A DNA stretch of 64,000 nucleotides from Octopus vulgaris (Eukaryota): NCBI GenBank assembly GCA_951406725.2, contig OX597817.1, forward strand, positions 72,726,001-72,790,000. The letters run 5' to 3'. Numbering within the stretch: position 1 is the first letter of the stretch; every line of letters begins with the position of its first letter. Position numbers and translations under genes: made by a program. The notes beneath the pieces were generated by a model. That model was not told where the DNA came from. It saw only the letters and a list, made by a program, of their open reading frames with translations, and did no database searches. Shown piece by piece: positions 1 to 14,958 of the stretch.

Positions 1-2747
1 CACACACACACACACACAGACACACACACGTGTGTCTGTGTCTTTGTGTGTGCACACGATTGCTTGACAGTCGATGTTGGTGTTTTTACGTTCCTATAAC
101 TTAACAGTTCAGCAAAGAGATCGACAGAATTAGTACCTGGCTTTAAAAAAAAATATTGTGGCTAATTCATTCAACTAAAAATTCTTCAAGGCAGTACACC
201 AATATGGCCACAGTCTAATGGTTGAAACAAGTAAAAGATAGAAGATATCACAAGAATCAAACACTCCAGAAAAAATACAACTCCAAATGAATTTTTAATC
301 TTTTTCTTTTTGAATTTAAACAGTTGTATTGTTTTCAACAGGTTCTAGTAATATTTTATTAATCTGAATTTATATTATAATTATTTATTTACTTTACTTT
401 TGTTTGTAATTAATGAACTTATACTGTGTGCTTTATATGGTTACTAAACACAGTGAAACGGTAGAACCCCAGAAAACTAGTAATATTCTGTTTGGGGCTT
501 GTTTCTTATATCTATGTTAGCTGGGGTAGTTAGTCTATAGGTGCATAACAAATAATAGTGTTGAAAGACAGGGAGTGTGTAATAAACTATAGGAGTTAGA
601 TTGCAGGAGCAGGCTTAAACTCTAACAATAATTTACACTGTATTGGATGTAGTGGTTCTCCAGTATTTATATCAGTCCTTCAATAGGCCATTAGATAGAT
701 TGCATTACAGTACTTGTTCCATTTCTCTATACTCTGAGTTCAAGTACTGCTGAGATCAACTTTATCTCTTTTCATCCTTTCGGGGTTGGTGAGTAAAGAA
801 CCACTCTTGTGTTGAGTCAATTCTTCTCTTTTCTTTTCTCTCTGGAAGAAAACAGCTGTGGTCAAGCCTAGAGAGGGATGTTTTCCACCAGGTATAAAAA
901 TACCCAAGACATACTATTTGTTAGGACTGTGTCCCATGGAACCTATCGAGAAGTCGAGGTCCCAAGGCAAACCAAAGTATTATCTAAATATGTTGCACTA
1001 TTCACAATTTTCTTTACATTTTAATAAGTAGATTTTTGGTACTGTCATTTGGCTTCTTGGAAAGGAGAAGAAAGTAAACCCTGGCCTTCTATAAATATGG
1101 TGAAACTAATCAGATTGATCCTCGTTTCAAGCTACTTAAAAGACTTATGCCTGTGCCACTGCCTTCAAGGATTTTAGATGATCATATCAACTCAGATAGT
1201 ACTTAATTCAGCTTGATACTTATTTTAAGAAACCACTAAATCCCATACTGACATAAAAGAATACCCCATGGATTTACACTAGTAAATAAACACTGACATC
1301 AGATACATACACACACACACATATATAGGCTTCATATTTTGGCACAAGGCCAGCAATTTCAGGGATGGGGTTAAGTTGATTATATCAACCCTAGTGCTCA
1401 ACTGGTACTTATTTTATTGACCCCAAAAGGATGAAAAGCAAAGTCGACTACTGAGGAATTTGAACTCAAACTGTGAAGACACATGTTGCTAAGCATTTTG
1501 ACCTGCATGCTAACAATTGTGCCAGCTTGCCACTTTACACACCCACATACATACACACACATTATATTGAAGAGACAACTTTGTTCAAGTTGGATCTCTT
1601 TTTTTATTAAAGATTTTTCATTTTTCTTTATGAGTTCTTTATATTTAGTTTGGAATAATGTTTCTAATGCCCATCAGCATTTCAGGACCATCTCAACCCT
1701 ATCATCAGAATGGCAGGCTAGTGGTATGATGTTTTAAGGTGATGAGAGCAACATTTGAAACATTAAATATAGAAGTCTAATAAGAAAATATAAAAAATAT
1801 TTTAAATAATAATTATGATAATAATGAAATTGTTGTGTATAGTGCTCTGGTGCACTACAACTCATCAATGGTGCATGTACAGTACATAGAATTATGTATA
1901 AAAGTCTGGAAAGTAAACAGTTTATGAGTCATGATATACATTTAAAATGATTAAACCTGAAAACACAGAATATTGGAAATGAATGACACTGCTTGTATGA
2001 CAGTGACAGTCATTTACAAGTGTCATGTGATGTCAATACAGGGAGACACAAGCACAGTGTACATACACAATGTCTTGCTTTCAGCTACCATCTTCCAAAT
2101 CCACAATCCACTCACAAAGCTTTGGTTGGCCAAGGGCTATAGTAGAAAACACTTGCATGAGTTGCCAGAAAATGTGACTGATTCTGACACCCTGTGGGTG
2201 GACAGCAAACTTCTAAATCACACATCCAAACCTGCACACACAATGTGCTGCTTTCAACTACCATCTTCCAAGTCCACTCACAGGGCTTTGGTTGGCCATG
2301 GGCTATAGTAGAAGGCACTTGCCCAAGGTTCCACACAATGGGATTGATTCTGATACTGTGGTTGGAAAGCAAATTTCTCAATCACCTGCACAGATACACA
2401 CACACACATATATAAAGCAATCTGGCAGAATCATTAGCAGTATTCAAATTCCACCAACATTGACTTAGCCTTTCATCTTTTCAGCGTCAATAAAATAAGT
2501 ACCAGTTGAGCACTGGGGTCAGTGTGATTGACATAACTACTCCTGGGTATGAGTGTAAGAAACAAAACTGCACCCACTCGGCCAAGCCATGTTGAGCCAG
2601 TGTGACAGAGTAGGTTCATCGAACCAGTATGATCTCAAACTAATTCACAACCTACATATCAAACCGTGTTTGGAGGAGAAAACATGCTGAGGCCTGCTTT
2701 TGTCCTACAGTGGACTGAACATGGGCAATCCAAATCCAATGTGATTG

Positions 2748-2905
2748 GTGCAGGAGTGATGTGTGTAGTAAGAAGCTGGCTTCCAAACCACATGGTTCCA
2801 GGTTCAGTCCCACTGCATGGCACCTTGGGCAAATGTCTTCTACTATAGCTTCAAGCTGACCAAAGCCTTGTGAGTGGATTAGGTAGATGGAAACTGAAAG
2901 AAGCC

Positions 2906-2971
<66 letters not shown>

Positions 2972-3160
2972 CTATGTTTGTTCCCCTATCACCACTTGAC
3001 AACCAGTGTTGGTGTGTTTATATCCCCATAACTTAGTGGTTCACCAGAAGTACCTGGCTTAAAAAATAAGTACTAAGGTCGATTCATTCAACTAAAAGTT
3101 CAAGGCAGTACTCCAGTATGGCTGCATCTAATAAGTGAAACAGGTAAAACATAAAAGACA
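2748..3160 (+). mobile_element. tRNA-derived SINE family A, decayed copy with internal (TA)n
   Basis: Colinear with copies at 13462-13846, 35229-35600 and 60251-60627. B-box-like ggttcagtccc. Confidence 0.8.
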
Positions 3161-3514
3161 TATATATACATGGTGGACTTCTACGTAGTTTCCATCTATC
3201 AAATTCCACTCAAAGCATTCACTAACTTGTAACTACAGTAGAAGACACATGCCCATAAGAACCACATGGTTGTAAAATGGATTTCTTTACCTCTCAGCTA
3301 TTTAAACATATGGATATGACTTCATTTGCAAATTTATTTCCTAATTTATATTCCACTTGATAGAAAAGTCATGTGAATCTGATCAATTTTCTGAGATTCC
3401 TTAGTCACCAGTCCAATTTACACCTGAACATACTGCACATAGAATATCTGGACAATTAAGCTGTTGTGCACTTGACAAGAGACAAGTTGATTAGACTCTT
3501 TCCCAAGACAACTC

Positions 3515-3800
3515 TCTCTTGCATCTTATCCTTCCTCTCTCTCTCTCTCTCCTTTCTTTTTCTCTTTCCTTCTCATTTTCTCTTTACCTTACTCTAGCTT
3601 TTTATTTCCTCCTTTCTAGCATTTCTGTTTCTCTCTCTCTCTTTCTCTCTCTCTCTAGCTTTCTGTTTCCTCTCTTTTTCTCTTTAGTTTTATCTTTCCC
3701 TTCTTTTCCTCACTCTTGTTTTCTCTCTCACCAGTCTTCTCTCTCTCCTCTCCATCTCTCTGTTTTTTTCTCCTCTCTCTCTCTGTCTGTCTGTCTCTAA
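3515..3800. repeat. CT-rich polypyrimidine low-complexity tract
   Basis: Degenerate (CT)n and (CTTT)n. Confidence 0.85.
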
Positions 3801-4674
3801 TAAAAGACAAGAAGTTTTTTTTAATTTATTTTACTTTTATTTAAAATAACAAAATGGAGAAAGCCAGTGATAAGGAAGATAGAGAAGAAAATAGACATAT
3901 AGGATTTGCCATTGATGTAAAGAGAATTTGAAGTTTCAAAAAAATAAAAACCAACAAATAAATAAATAAATAAAAGAACAATCAAAACACTAATTGTATC
4001 TTATTTGGTCTCTAGCATGCTATTTAAGCTGGTGTCTGGAACTTTACTTCCTGAACACTGCTGGGAGCAGGTGCTATCACCTTAAGTTTAATCTAAGCTA
4101 AACAATTTGGAAGACTGAAAACACCTATGGGGGGTTGGTAGTCTTTGTTGTTGTTATTTAGCTAGTAACAATAGCCATCCAGTATTTAGATTAACAGCTG
4201 CTAAACCTGCTTCTTCAATTTCTCTTGGTTTTATTGCTCTCACTTCATCCTCTTCTCCTAGCAGTTCAACATATTCAACTACCAAGGAATTAGTTATCTC
4301 TATTTTTGTCTTGATTGATTAATCAATTGGTTGGTTGATTAATTGATTGATTGATTGATTGCTTAAGTCTTCAAATTTATATCTCGAAAAGTACTAAAGC
4401 TAGTTAGGAAGAGCAAATCTTGTTTTTTAATTTGATAGAGAAACAGTATGTGGAAAGCCATGTCATATGTGTGCATGCATGTGTGTGTTGAAATGCAAAA
4501 ATGATGCTGCATTGGGTTGCTTTTTTTTTACATCAAGAGTTAACTTAACCATTCAGTAAATAGTGAACAGTAAAATAAGTTCTGCAGTCAATATGAACAA
4601 AACCCTTCTGGGCAATCCCCTAGAATGGTTGCAGTGTAAAAGAAAATGTGTTTGTATGCATGTGTATATAGATG

Positions 4675-5024
4675 GGGTAAAGGGTAAAGACCCCCTTCGG
4701 TCAGGCACTGACCATGGGTTTGCACCTAGAGAGATACCCTCTGAGGCACAAGTCTGGGCAAGGTTGTTTTATGGAAGACCAGCAGTCGCCCATGCATACC
4801 GGCCTCCCCTCTCCACGTCACCGATGTTGTCCAAGGGAAAGGCAAGGGCCGATACAGCTTGGCACCTGTGACGTCGCAACTCATTTCTACAGCTGAGTGA
4901 ACTGGAGCAACGTGAAATAAAGTGCCTTGCTCAAGAACACAACACGCAGCCCTGTCCGGGATTCGAGCTCACAACCTCACGATCGTAAGCTCGACGCTCT
5001 AACCACTGAGCCATGCGCCTTCAC
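4675..5024 (-). mobile_element. tRNA(Arg)-like-headed SINE, full length, with TSD
   Basis: Minus-strand head gtgaaggcgcatggctcagtggttagagcgtcgagcttACGatcgtgaggttgtgagctcgaatccc. 12-bp TSD tgtatatagatg at 4663-4674 and 5025-5036. Confidence 0.85.
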
Positions 5025-6039
5025 TGTATATAGATGAGGGTATGCATATTTATATACATGATAGAAGATGCCTTGGCACAATCTCTTTGTATGTGTATAT
5101 GTACATGTGTGTCTCTGTGTTTCTACTTCCAGTACCAAATTGTCAACATCCAAACAGCTGCACCTAAATTGACTGATTCCTCCATATTGATATCATTGAT
5201 GGCTGAGAAAGCCATCCTTACATAAAATAGGCAGGGACAAAAATGACAAAGAATAGTTGGCAGGTGTGTGGTTATTGTTGGCTCACATTGTAATCTTTGT
5301 TTCTTTTCCTTTTTTGACTTCAAAGAGGTCAGATCTGGTGGTGATGGGGTCGACACCATTTGCATCACTTACAGGCTTCAGTTCCCCAAGATTTTTGTCT
5401 CAGTTCCAGCTATTTTGAAGATTGATTTTAGCTGGCCTTTGTCGTGGCAGAAAGAACATTTTTATTGTCTTTTCCAAGTGGTCAATTCACTGAAAAGTAT
5501 TTGACAAGAAATCCCTCTTCTTTCATTCTAACCACATATCTTAACTATTGTAGACAGAGTTTCATCATGGTTGATTCTATGCTTCAGCTGTTGGCTTTTT
5601 TTTGAGACTGTATTGTTGGTTATGTAATCCTCTTGGTTGATGTTTAAGATAACATGGAGCTTTTGTTGATGGAAATGCTCCAGCTTTTTTTTTTTATGTT
5701 CTAACCATAAAGTTCCATGTTTCACAACCTGGGGCTATTGAAGATATTTGCTCAAAAATTCACTCAGTAGAATCAAACCCAGAATTATAAGGTTGGAAAG
5801 TGAACAGCTCAAACACATACCCATGCCTGTGCCAATGATATTCCTGTATATTTTTTGCTAATGTATAATGGCAAAGAATATAGATATTGGTAAGAAAAAA
5901 AAATGAAAAATTGGTGCTGTTTGTATGAAGTCCTTAACTGTATTTATTTTTCACCACACTACACATACAGTAATCAATTCACTGGAATCCTGTAATGAAC
6001 TTTCATTCATTACTTGCTATAAAATTTTAAAAATTCTAT

Positions 6040-6893
6040 TGTCTGAAGAGGGTCATTCTCTTTTAGTACCTTATTAATTTTACACACTCTCCAGTCTGAT
6101 TTCCATTTAATTTTACTAAAATTTTCATTGGGTCCTGCAACCTTTTCAGTAATGGTTGACTCTGTCCGTTATCGAAACTGCATTCTTTTTTTTTTTGGAT
6201 GGATGCATGTGCATCAGTGTGTGTGCACATCCACATATGTATGTGTATGCATGTTTGTGTGTGTGTATGCTTATATATATGTATGCATTTGTGCATGTAT
6301 ATACTCTGTATGTGTGTGTGTATGCATATATATATGTAGGCATGTATGCACATTTGTATGTATTCTGCATATCCATGTTTGTATGTGTGTTTTTATTTGT
6401 GTACCTCAGTCTCCTTGTGTGTGCATATTTGTGTGTATCTGTATAGGTTTGTGTGACCTTCTACTTAGGTGTCATACCCCAATACCCACAGTCTATAATG
6501 TAGACTCTGTATAGTCACTCAAGCCCATACACAGACACACTCAAACATGCACGCACGAGGAGACAGAGGCACACACATACAAAAACACACACAAGCATGA
6601 ACACAAGTGCATGGATATGCAGAATACATACAAACATGCACACATACATACAAACGTACACACATATACACACACACACATACATATGTGTATGTGCACA
6701 CACACTGATGCATGTGCACAAACAAACAAACAAAATTGGAACGCAGTTCCAATAATGGACGGAGTCAATGACTGTTGCAAAGGTTGCAAACTGCAACAAA
6801 AATTTTAGTAAAAATAAATAAGTAAATGAGTGGAAATCAGACCAGTGAGTGTATTAAATTAATAAGGTACTAAAAGAGAATGACTCTCTTGAC
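6040..6893. repeat. Long imperfect inverted repeat (~400-bp arms)
   Basis: gtcattctcttttagtaccttattaattt at ~6052 mirrors aaattaataaggtactaaaagagaatgac at ~6856. The TG-rich arm mirrors the CA-rich arm. Confidence 0.85.
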
Positions 6894-8869
6894 ATAATAA
6901 AATATGCTTCAACACACAAATTCACATAAAGAATTTTGCAAACCAAATACAAAAAAAAAAAAGTGCTGACTGAAAAGTTCAAATCCGTTAAGATTCAATG
7001 TTGCCTTTTTACTATTTCAAGATTGCTGAAATAAGTACTTGTTGTTGGTGTTGTAGTATAACACAGTTCAGCTCTTATCAAGCAGACCTAACAGAATATT
7101 TTTTATTAGTACCACTAGTATACTGAACTTCATTAATTTTTCTAAAGGCTTCTCCCTTCCTCTACAAGAATTTAGTGGCTGCTCAAAATTTATCAGTCTG
7201 ATATGCAAATGTATCTGTGACTTAATAAATGAATTATTGGATTTACATAAAAGCTATTTTGAAAATTTAGGTAGAAAGGAAATAAAAAATCTGAATTAAT
7301 AATGAACCATAAACAAATATCCATCAAAAAAAATCTCTGAAAGCTATTATGGGTTGATACTTAGTTCTGGTTCTTGGTCTTAAGTAGGTAAGAGATAAAA
7401 CTCTAACTAGGTAGTACTTGATAATCTGAAGCTGCTGATGTTCTTATTTATTCATTTTTTATGCAAGTTAGTCAAAGGAGGTGGGGGTGTTCATGCAGGA
7501 TCTTTGCAGGCCACACTTCCAGACTGGTGAGATTGATACTGTTGGCACCTAGATTGAACATCTGCGAGAAAAATCAGAGGTGGTAGAACTCGGGAGGTTG
7601 AAAGGCCCACATCTAAAGTTTGTTACTTGATTTTTAGTGGCTCTTCAACATTTAAGAGACATTCCTTTTATATTTATATTACATTTTAATTTCAGTTCTC
7701 TCTCTTGTAAAAAAAAAGATATTCACTTGCTATCATATATCTTGTTCAACAATTCTCAAATAGTGTGCCACAACACACTGGTGCATCTAGATGCAATGTG
7801 AAATTTTATAGATATGATTTAAGCATTAGAGCATCTATATTAATACTTTGGGGATCTTGAAAAACATTATTGATAATTATGCTCTGCACAAGTTTGGTTA
7901 ATGAAACAAATGAATAGTTCTCTTTTTTTCTCCCCCCCCCCCCCATCGTCCAAATTTTAATCAGTAAAAGCTTTCTCTCTAAGATGCACAGGTGCATGGT
8001 TATGCAGTGACTGTACTGAGACTGTGCATATTAAACTCTTACCGCTCATTTTAATTTACAAGTGTATGCTTGATAAACTGCAAGAAAGTTCGAATGTCAC
8101 ACATTAATTTTGAATTTAAAATATTTTTGCTCAAATTGTCAATTGTTTTGCTCAAGGGCTGGGGAAAGTCTGAAGGAATACTTCTTCTATGTGAAGTTCT
8201 AAAGTAATTTTTTTTCATCTAGTGTACCAGTATTTTTTCTTTTGTTTTTGCTTTATTTTTGTTTTATTCTTCATTGTGTCACAAAATCAAAAACAACCAC
8301 TGATCTGGTTAAAGGGAAAATTTCCTTGATTTCTCCAGTCTACATAAGATAAGAAATGTTGTGTACTCAACTATTGTGCCAATCTACTTTTGCCATGGGT
8401 CTCTATCTATGACAACATTAGCAGCGTCATTGAATCCAATATTGCATCTGACTAGATCATCATTAGCTTAGTTAATAATGTATGTGTTTTTATAAAACAT
8501 ACTTCACCAACACACTAAAAAAACTCATTAGTTTGATTTACAGTTGACAAGTAAATTGCATGTCCTATTTGTTCGTCTTAATTTTGCCTTTGGTGTTTTT
8601 CTTTATTGACACATATTCCCCATTTTTCACCATTATGTATTAACTCCTAAACAATTTTATATTTATTTTCAGAAAAAGTTCTTTTATTTAAATCATGGAA
8701 GAACTATTTTAGCCAGCTAAAACACATAAAAACTATTATTTACTTTTCATTTATTTTATGATGTATCAAAATTATTGTTGTATTACTGTAATTTGATCTA
8801 TTTTTAAATGCTGTTTTTATAGGCCTCAAGTGATCTCTTAAACTTTTAAGTATTTAAACTGGCCATACT

Positions 8870-9185
8870 GGTGGCATGTAAAAAGCACCGTTCAGGCATG
8901 GTCGATGCCAGTGCCGCCTGACTGGCTCCCATGCCAGTGGCGTGTAAAAAGCACCATTCAAACATGGTCGATGACAGTACTACCTGACTGGCCCTCGTGT
9001 CGGTGGCAGGTAAAAAGCACCCACTACACTCTTGGAGTAGTTGGCATTAGGAAGGGCATCTAACTGTAGAAACTTTGCCAGAACAGATTGGAGCCTGGTA
9101 CAGCCTTCTGGCTTGCCAATCCTCAGTCAAACCATCCAACCCATGCCAACATGGGAAGCGGACATTAAATGACGATGATGATGAT
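8870..9185 (+). mobile_element. SINE family C with internal ~59-bp tandem subrepeats and (GAT)n tail
   Basis: ggtggcatgtaaaaagcacc repeated three times, then tggcattaggaagggcatc, then a (gat)n tail. Related copies at ~15180, 20340, 26820, 40590, 44370 and 46310. Confidence 0.75.
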
Positions 9186-10050
9186 GTCCAGCCCCAATAT
9201 TCAGCCTATTTTTACGTTCAAACTGGACATATCTGGCCTCTCACACTTACCCTATAATGTTATTCTAAAAATAATCAATCACATCATCAAAATCTTGAAA
9301 CTGAGGAATGCAGTATTAATTCAAAACAATGGGAATAAATAAGTATTACGTTTGACAGAGTAATCTAAATGCTAAAGAGTTAAACAGATCTATAAGGACT
9401 CTCCCATTACTAAGTTTCAAACAGTTACAGTGTAAAAAAGTGTTAGCAATAAACCACTTTTGTGTGTCTTTGGGTGATTAATTGGCTTTACTATGATGTA
9501 ACAGCATGGCCTCAGATCGAATCACTTACAAGGCGTGACAAGTGCGGAAAGTTCTTTTACTTCTTTCTGCCATCTAAGAGTATAGTAGTTCCATATTCAA
9601 TCCAATAGCTTTAAATCTACTCAAGTATTGTTAACAAAATTGAGTAAACAGAAACTGTGTGGAAGCGTCTTGAATTCTACATGTTCTTAAGTAGTGAACT
9701 TAATCTGTCATGTAGTTTAAAACTGCCACCTTCACTTTGATATTCTTAGCAGAGTATTCTGCTGCAGGAATTGAAACCAGGTACTCTGCCTTCCCACAGC
9801 AGTACACAAGTCATTATTTCTTCCTTTTTATGCACCAGCCTTCAAAGCCCCTCTAATATGTCATAAGTGTGCCTTTTCCCTCTAATTAAACCTTATTTTT
9901 TTAAAGTTTTTGTTTCCTGTTTGATAGTTTCACTTTAAATATCTAAAATTATTTTTGTTATTTGAGAAAACGTTCACTACAAGAATTTTTTTTTTTTTTT
10001 TTTTTGCTTTATTTTAGAGGTTCCATTTTGTTTGCTTTAATATTATAAGC

Positions 10051-10218
10051 ATGGATTGGCTGTTTGGTCGCAAGAAGACGCCAGAGCAGATGCTGCGTCA
10101 GAATCAACGTGCTTTAAACAGAGCCATGCGAGATTTGGACCGAGAAAGAAATAAAATGGAATCTGATGAGAAAAAGATTATAAATAACATAAAGAAAATG
10201 GCGAAAGAAGGACAAATG
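10051..10218 (+). CDS. CHMP2A: CHMP2A (charged multivesicular body protein 2a, ESCRT-III) coding exon 1
   Basis: ATG at 10051 translates MDWLFGRKKTPEQMLRQNQRALNRAMRDLDRERNKMESDEKKIINNIKKMAKEGQM, recognisably the CHMP2A/Vps2 N-terminus. GT donor at 10219. A poly-T tract plus AG acceptor at ~10016-10019 implies an upstream non-coding exon that I could not locate. Confidence 0.95.
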
Positions 10219-10306
10219 GTTTGAAATTATTATTATAATTATTATTATTATTATTACTACTACTACTGTTCCAGCTCTTTATGTTCCGAATTCAATCCTC
10301 TATTCA

Positions 10307-10376
<70 letters not shown>

Positions 10377-11769
10377 TTATACATATATATACATAAAAAG
10401 AGTAACAAAGAATGATATTGAGAATGAGGAAGAATTGTGAAAGGAAATAGTTCCAAAGAGAGGGAAACGTAACTACTAGCACAAAGGGGATAAAATGTGT
10501 GCAGATTTGGCTCTCCTCTTATTGCAGCAATTGAATAGTACTATTGTTATAATATTGACAGTGAGGTAGGTGTTACTTGTACAGTATTCACTCATGATGA
10601 GTTGAGCCAGCTCTGGCCAACAAGTTCACCATGTCCCTCACAAGTGCTGACAACATCCAACAGTCAGCTGCAGTCAAGGTTTTAATGGACACCCACTCCT
10701 GGTTCCACATTAAAAGCATCCAGTCCACACTGTAATGTGGTTGGAATCTGAAAGGGCATCACTCTGTAAAAATCTTTCCAAAACTAACTTTGTTGGTGCT
10801 AGTACAATGTAAAAATCTCTGGGTCCACTCTGTAGAGTGGTTGGTGTTAGGAAGGGCATCCAACTGTAAAATCCTTGCCAAAACAGACACAGTAGCTTTG
10901 GGTAGATTTTCTACCTAGCTGGCTCCTATCACCCATCCTACTCATGTGTGTGTATATATAAACGTGTGTGTGTTACTGTCTCCTTGCTGTAACATCATAT
11001 GATTGTTGTAAATGAGTGCCACTATCACACAAGCAGTGTCCTTCATTTCCAATCTTCTGTGAAAATATGTTTGACCATGGAGAAATATTATCTTGCTTGG
11101 AAACAGAGGTCAGGCAAGCAGCTATAGAAATTCTAGCATCAGCAAATTCCATGCAAGTATCAAAAAGTGGGCATTAAAATGATGATGATGATGTAGAATA
11201 ACTGCTGAGTTTTTATAATTGACTCTTATTTGTAAATGTTATAAAGAAATTTAATGTTCTATCTAATTATATGCATAGTACTTTTAAACATTACACATCA
11301 TTACTGAACCATAGATTAGTCTTGATTGAGCAGACATAATAAAAAGCATTCCAATTATGACCTTCCAGGGCTGCTAGATCAATTTCTTAAAACACACACT
11401 AGCACTTTGTGTCAGAAAGGAGTCCAAAATAAACATTTTGTTACTAATTTGAAATATATAGATGCCTGCAGGTTAGTTCTAATTTACTTAATTAATAATT
11501 TGATGAGATATTCAATAGAATTCTTCCCTTTAAACAATAAAATTGTAAAATAACATGTAGTACAAATTAAAAAAATAATAGCCTGCAGTGCTGAATTGTA
11601 GCAAACTCTGGTATTTGTTGTCCAATCTGGCAACCCTGCAGCCATCTTGTCCTTATCTCGGGCATTGCTTAACTAGGACCACATCCAGTTTGTCCTATTC
11701 CTGGACAAGACAGTAGGATGTAATATGATATGATATGGGCTTGGCTGCTGTTTCTAGCTGGCATCTGAC

Positions 11770-11990
11770 TACAAGGGTGTGCTGAAAAGTTCCTGCTTTT
11801 GGATAAAAAGAAAATAAGGAGGATCAGTTAATTATGATTTTATGCAACATATTCCCCTATCAGATTCACACACTTATTGCAGCAGTCATTCAGTTTTTCT
11901 AAGCCTTATAAAAGAACTCAGAATGGTGGGCCTCCAACCAGGCTTTTTGCAATACCCTTAAAGCCAGGAACTTTTCAGCACCCCCTCATA
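11770..11990. mobile_element. Mariner-type MITE (~220 bp)
   Basis: TIRs tacaagggtgtgctgaaaagttcctgcttt and aaagccaggaacttttcagcaccccctcata, with TA at both ends. Confidence 0.85.
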
Positions 11991-13461
11991 TTTAGATGCC
12001 TGCTTGTTAAACTGGTTGCTGGCGGCAGTTCTGAATTCTAACTACTTCTTCACAGTTCACAGAACACTGATGTAACAGGAATCTCAAGGCTAATTGTTTT
12101 TAGATGGGTCACTTACAAAGCAGTAAAAATGATCTGAGCCATATGCTAATGTGCCACTACAAATTTAATTTATGTGGCACTCTGCCTATGTACTTTTTTT
12201 TTTGCTGATGCTTGTGAGGCATGATTCTTTCGAACACACAGTGTTATGTACTTTAATATATCATATGCATTGCTATACTTCTATTTGATGCTAATTTGGC
12301 AGTGACTGTGAAAGAAATTGGGTCACTGTTTACACCATGTGTACATGAAAACTAAAAATTATATTTGTATATGTATACATTTATGTGTGTGTGTGAGAGA
12401 GAGAGGGAGAGAGAGAGAGATAATTTTCGTGTACATTCTTTGTTTTTGTTTGTGTATTTGTGTTTCTGTTTATATAATTTCCAAAATGTGATGTATATAA
12501 ACAATAAAACATCATTGTATATTAATTAATCTTTGTGTGTGTGTGCATGCTCATGTGTAATAATTTGTTTTAATGCTTACATCACTTCTGCCTTCTTTCA
12601 CTCTTCTGTAGGCAGATTGCACTGCAAACCTTAGACATTTGCATATAAAATGAGGAAGCTAGGGTATTTATAGACAGTTGTTCTTCCTGCTGCAATTTTC
12701 AGTATCCTCAAACTATAAAACGGAAGTGGTGCCTGTCTGAGGCTAAGTAGTCTCAGGATAAAAGGAGTAAATGTATTTTTGAGTCTGTGGAAAAAAAAAA
12801 AAGCCTGTGATCAAATTTAAGAATAGTCTCCCTTTGAAACCAAAACCAGTCTGACTTTTAACATTAATGATTAGGGTGATTAGGCTGTGCCAGTATATAT
12901 AGCCTCATTACCCTGGCCCCCTTCCACATGCATGTACATGTACACACCACACACTTGAATTTAGTGTGTGTATGTGTGTCTGTAAATAAATAATAACCTT
13001 CTTGAAGAATCTGTTAGCTTATATCCCCAGAAATCATGTCAGGCTATTAGCTAATGGTAGTAAAGAGTAATTAAAGTTTACTGAAATCCTATAAGCTAAA
13101 ATTACCTATGTTAGGAAGGTTAATTCAACAGACTTCTCTTAAGAGACCTGATGTAATAACGAAAAATGCCAGAGGATCACTACTTCATGCCAAACGTACT
13201 CATAAATTGGTTGTGGCAGTGGTAACAGCAGCAGGAGGAACTGCAATACTTGTAGTGGGAAGAGGAGACAGGGGAAAGAAGGATGTATGTATTTCTCTCA
13301 AGTGTTTCAGGCTCTGCTGATATACATATACAGAAGGTTAAATGCTTTGCAGAATATATAGCCTTCAATAATGTGGTGCCATTTTGGCAGCATTACTGCC
13401 CCCATCCCCTGGTCAAATAAATACACTGGGCCCAATATTTATTAAATGTATCAGCACAAAT

Positions 13462-13846
13462 TTAGCTGTGTGGTAAGTAGCTTGCTTACCAACCACATGG
13501 TTCCGGGTTGGTCCCACTGCGTGGCACCTTGGGCAAGTGTCTTCTACTATAGCCTCGGGCCAACCAAAGCCTTGTGAGTGGATTTGGTAGATGGAAACTG
13601 AAAGAAGCTTGTTGTATATGTATATGCATATGTGTGTATATGTTTGGGTGTCTGTGTTTGTCCCCCCAACATCGCTTGACAACCGATGCTGGTGTGTTTA
13701 CATCCCCCGTAACTTAGCGGTTTGGCAAAAGAGACCGATAGAATAAATACTAGGCTTCCAGAGAATAAGTCCTGGGGTCGATTTGCTCAACTAAAGGCGG
13801 TGCTCCAGCATGGCCGCAGTCAAATGACTGAAACAAGTAAAAGAGT
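13462..13846 (+). mobile_element. tRNA-derived SINE family A
   Basis: Near reverse-complement match to 60251-60627. Confidence 0.85.
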
Positions 13847-14927
13847 ATATATTTTAAACCAAATGTCAATGAAGACAAGTAACATCATAGCTACTGGGGT
13901 TTAAACCTATGACTTCTGGGTGATGTGGATTCAATTCCCACCAGTTGTTTTTTTTTTTATTTCTTGCATGTAATTGCACCAGCTCCATCATATATTGTCC
14001 CCCTCTCTCTCTTCACTGCCTTCTCTCATTCAACTTCTATTACATGTACAGAATGTTAAATGCTTTGTAGGTTGTACAGTTTTCATTGTGACTTAGATTT
14101 CTCATAAATAAATTGTCTGTCTTTCAATTAATTTTCAATCTCAGATTTCAGAGGGGTTTTACTAAAATATCTGTAACTTTATGTATGCATGTTGGTGTTG
14201 ACTAACTGAAATCTCATGATATCTTATATGTTATAATGAGATTTTATCATTGGGATTTTATAGTAAATATGAATACGTTCGTACAGGCAGTCTTAGGAAG
14301 GTATGTATTAAAATGGTAACATATCTGTTTTACTGAGACAGAACATTATAGATCTCTCACTGTGGCTCTCAAGACCAAACTATTTCATTGATAGGAGAAT
14401 ATAATTAAAATAAGATTACATGACGTTAAGTTTCTTGGAAGTGGACTCTATTATTCTCTCCTCTTGCTACAATATAAAGTATTTCAAGTTAACAAAAAAT
14501 AACAGCTGCATATCCCTCAACTATCTTTAAATAGTTGTAGATGTACTTTGCTTGAATGAAAAGTGAGATGGTCATGGCTAGAATGCCTTTGATCATAGAT
14601 CCTTCCAGTATTGCCGACCTGAAGGTAACCAACAACTAATCAATATGTGTAGCTGTGTGTAAGAGGTTCTGGTGTATGGTCATCATTTTATGTCCACTTT
14701 TTCATGTGTGCAGGGGTCATATAAAATTCATTGAGGTAAATTTTCTACTGCCTGGTGCAACTTCCTGCTGTCAATCCTTAGCTGTTTCTAAGTAAAGTAA
14801 TATTTCACCATGCCTGGACATCTTTTCCTTAAAGATTGGTAATGAATGAAATTGCTTGTGTGATGGTGATCCTTGTCTACAACTATTACACAATATCAAG
14901 ACAAGGATACACTCAAACATGCACATG

Positions 14928-14958
<31 letters not shown>

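Noticed and set aside
4950-5024. tRNA-Arg gene
   Set aside because: It is the head of a SINE with body, tail and TSD, and cloverleaf pairing is poor.
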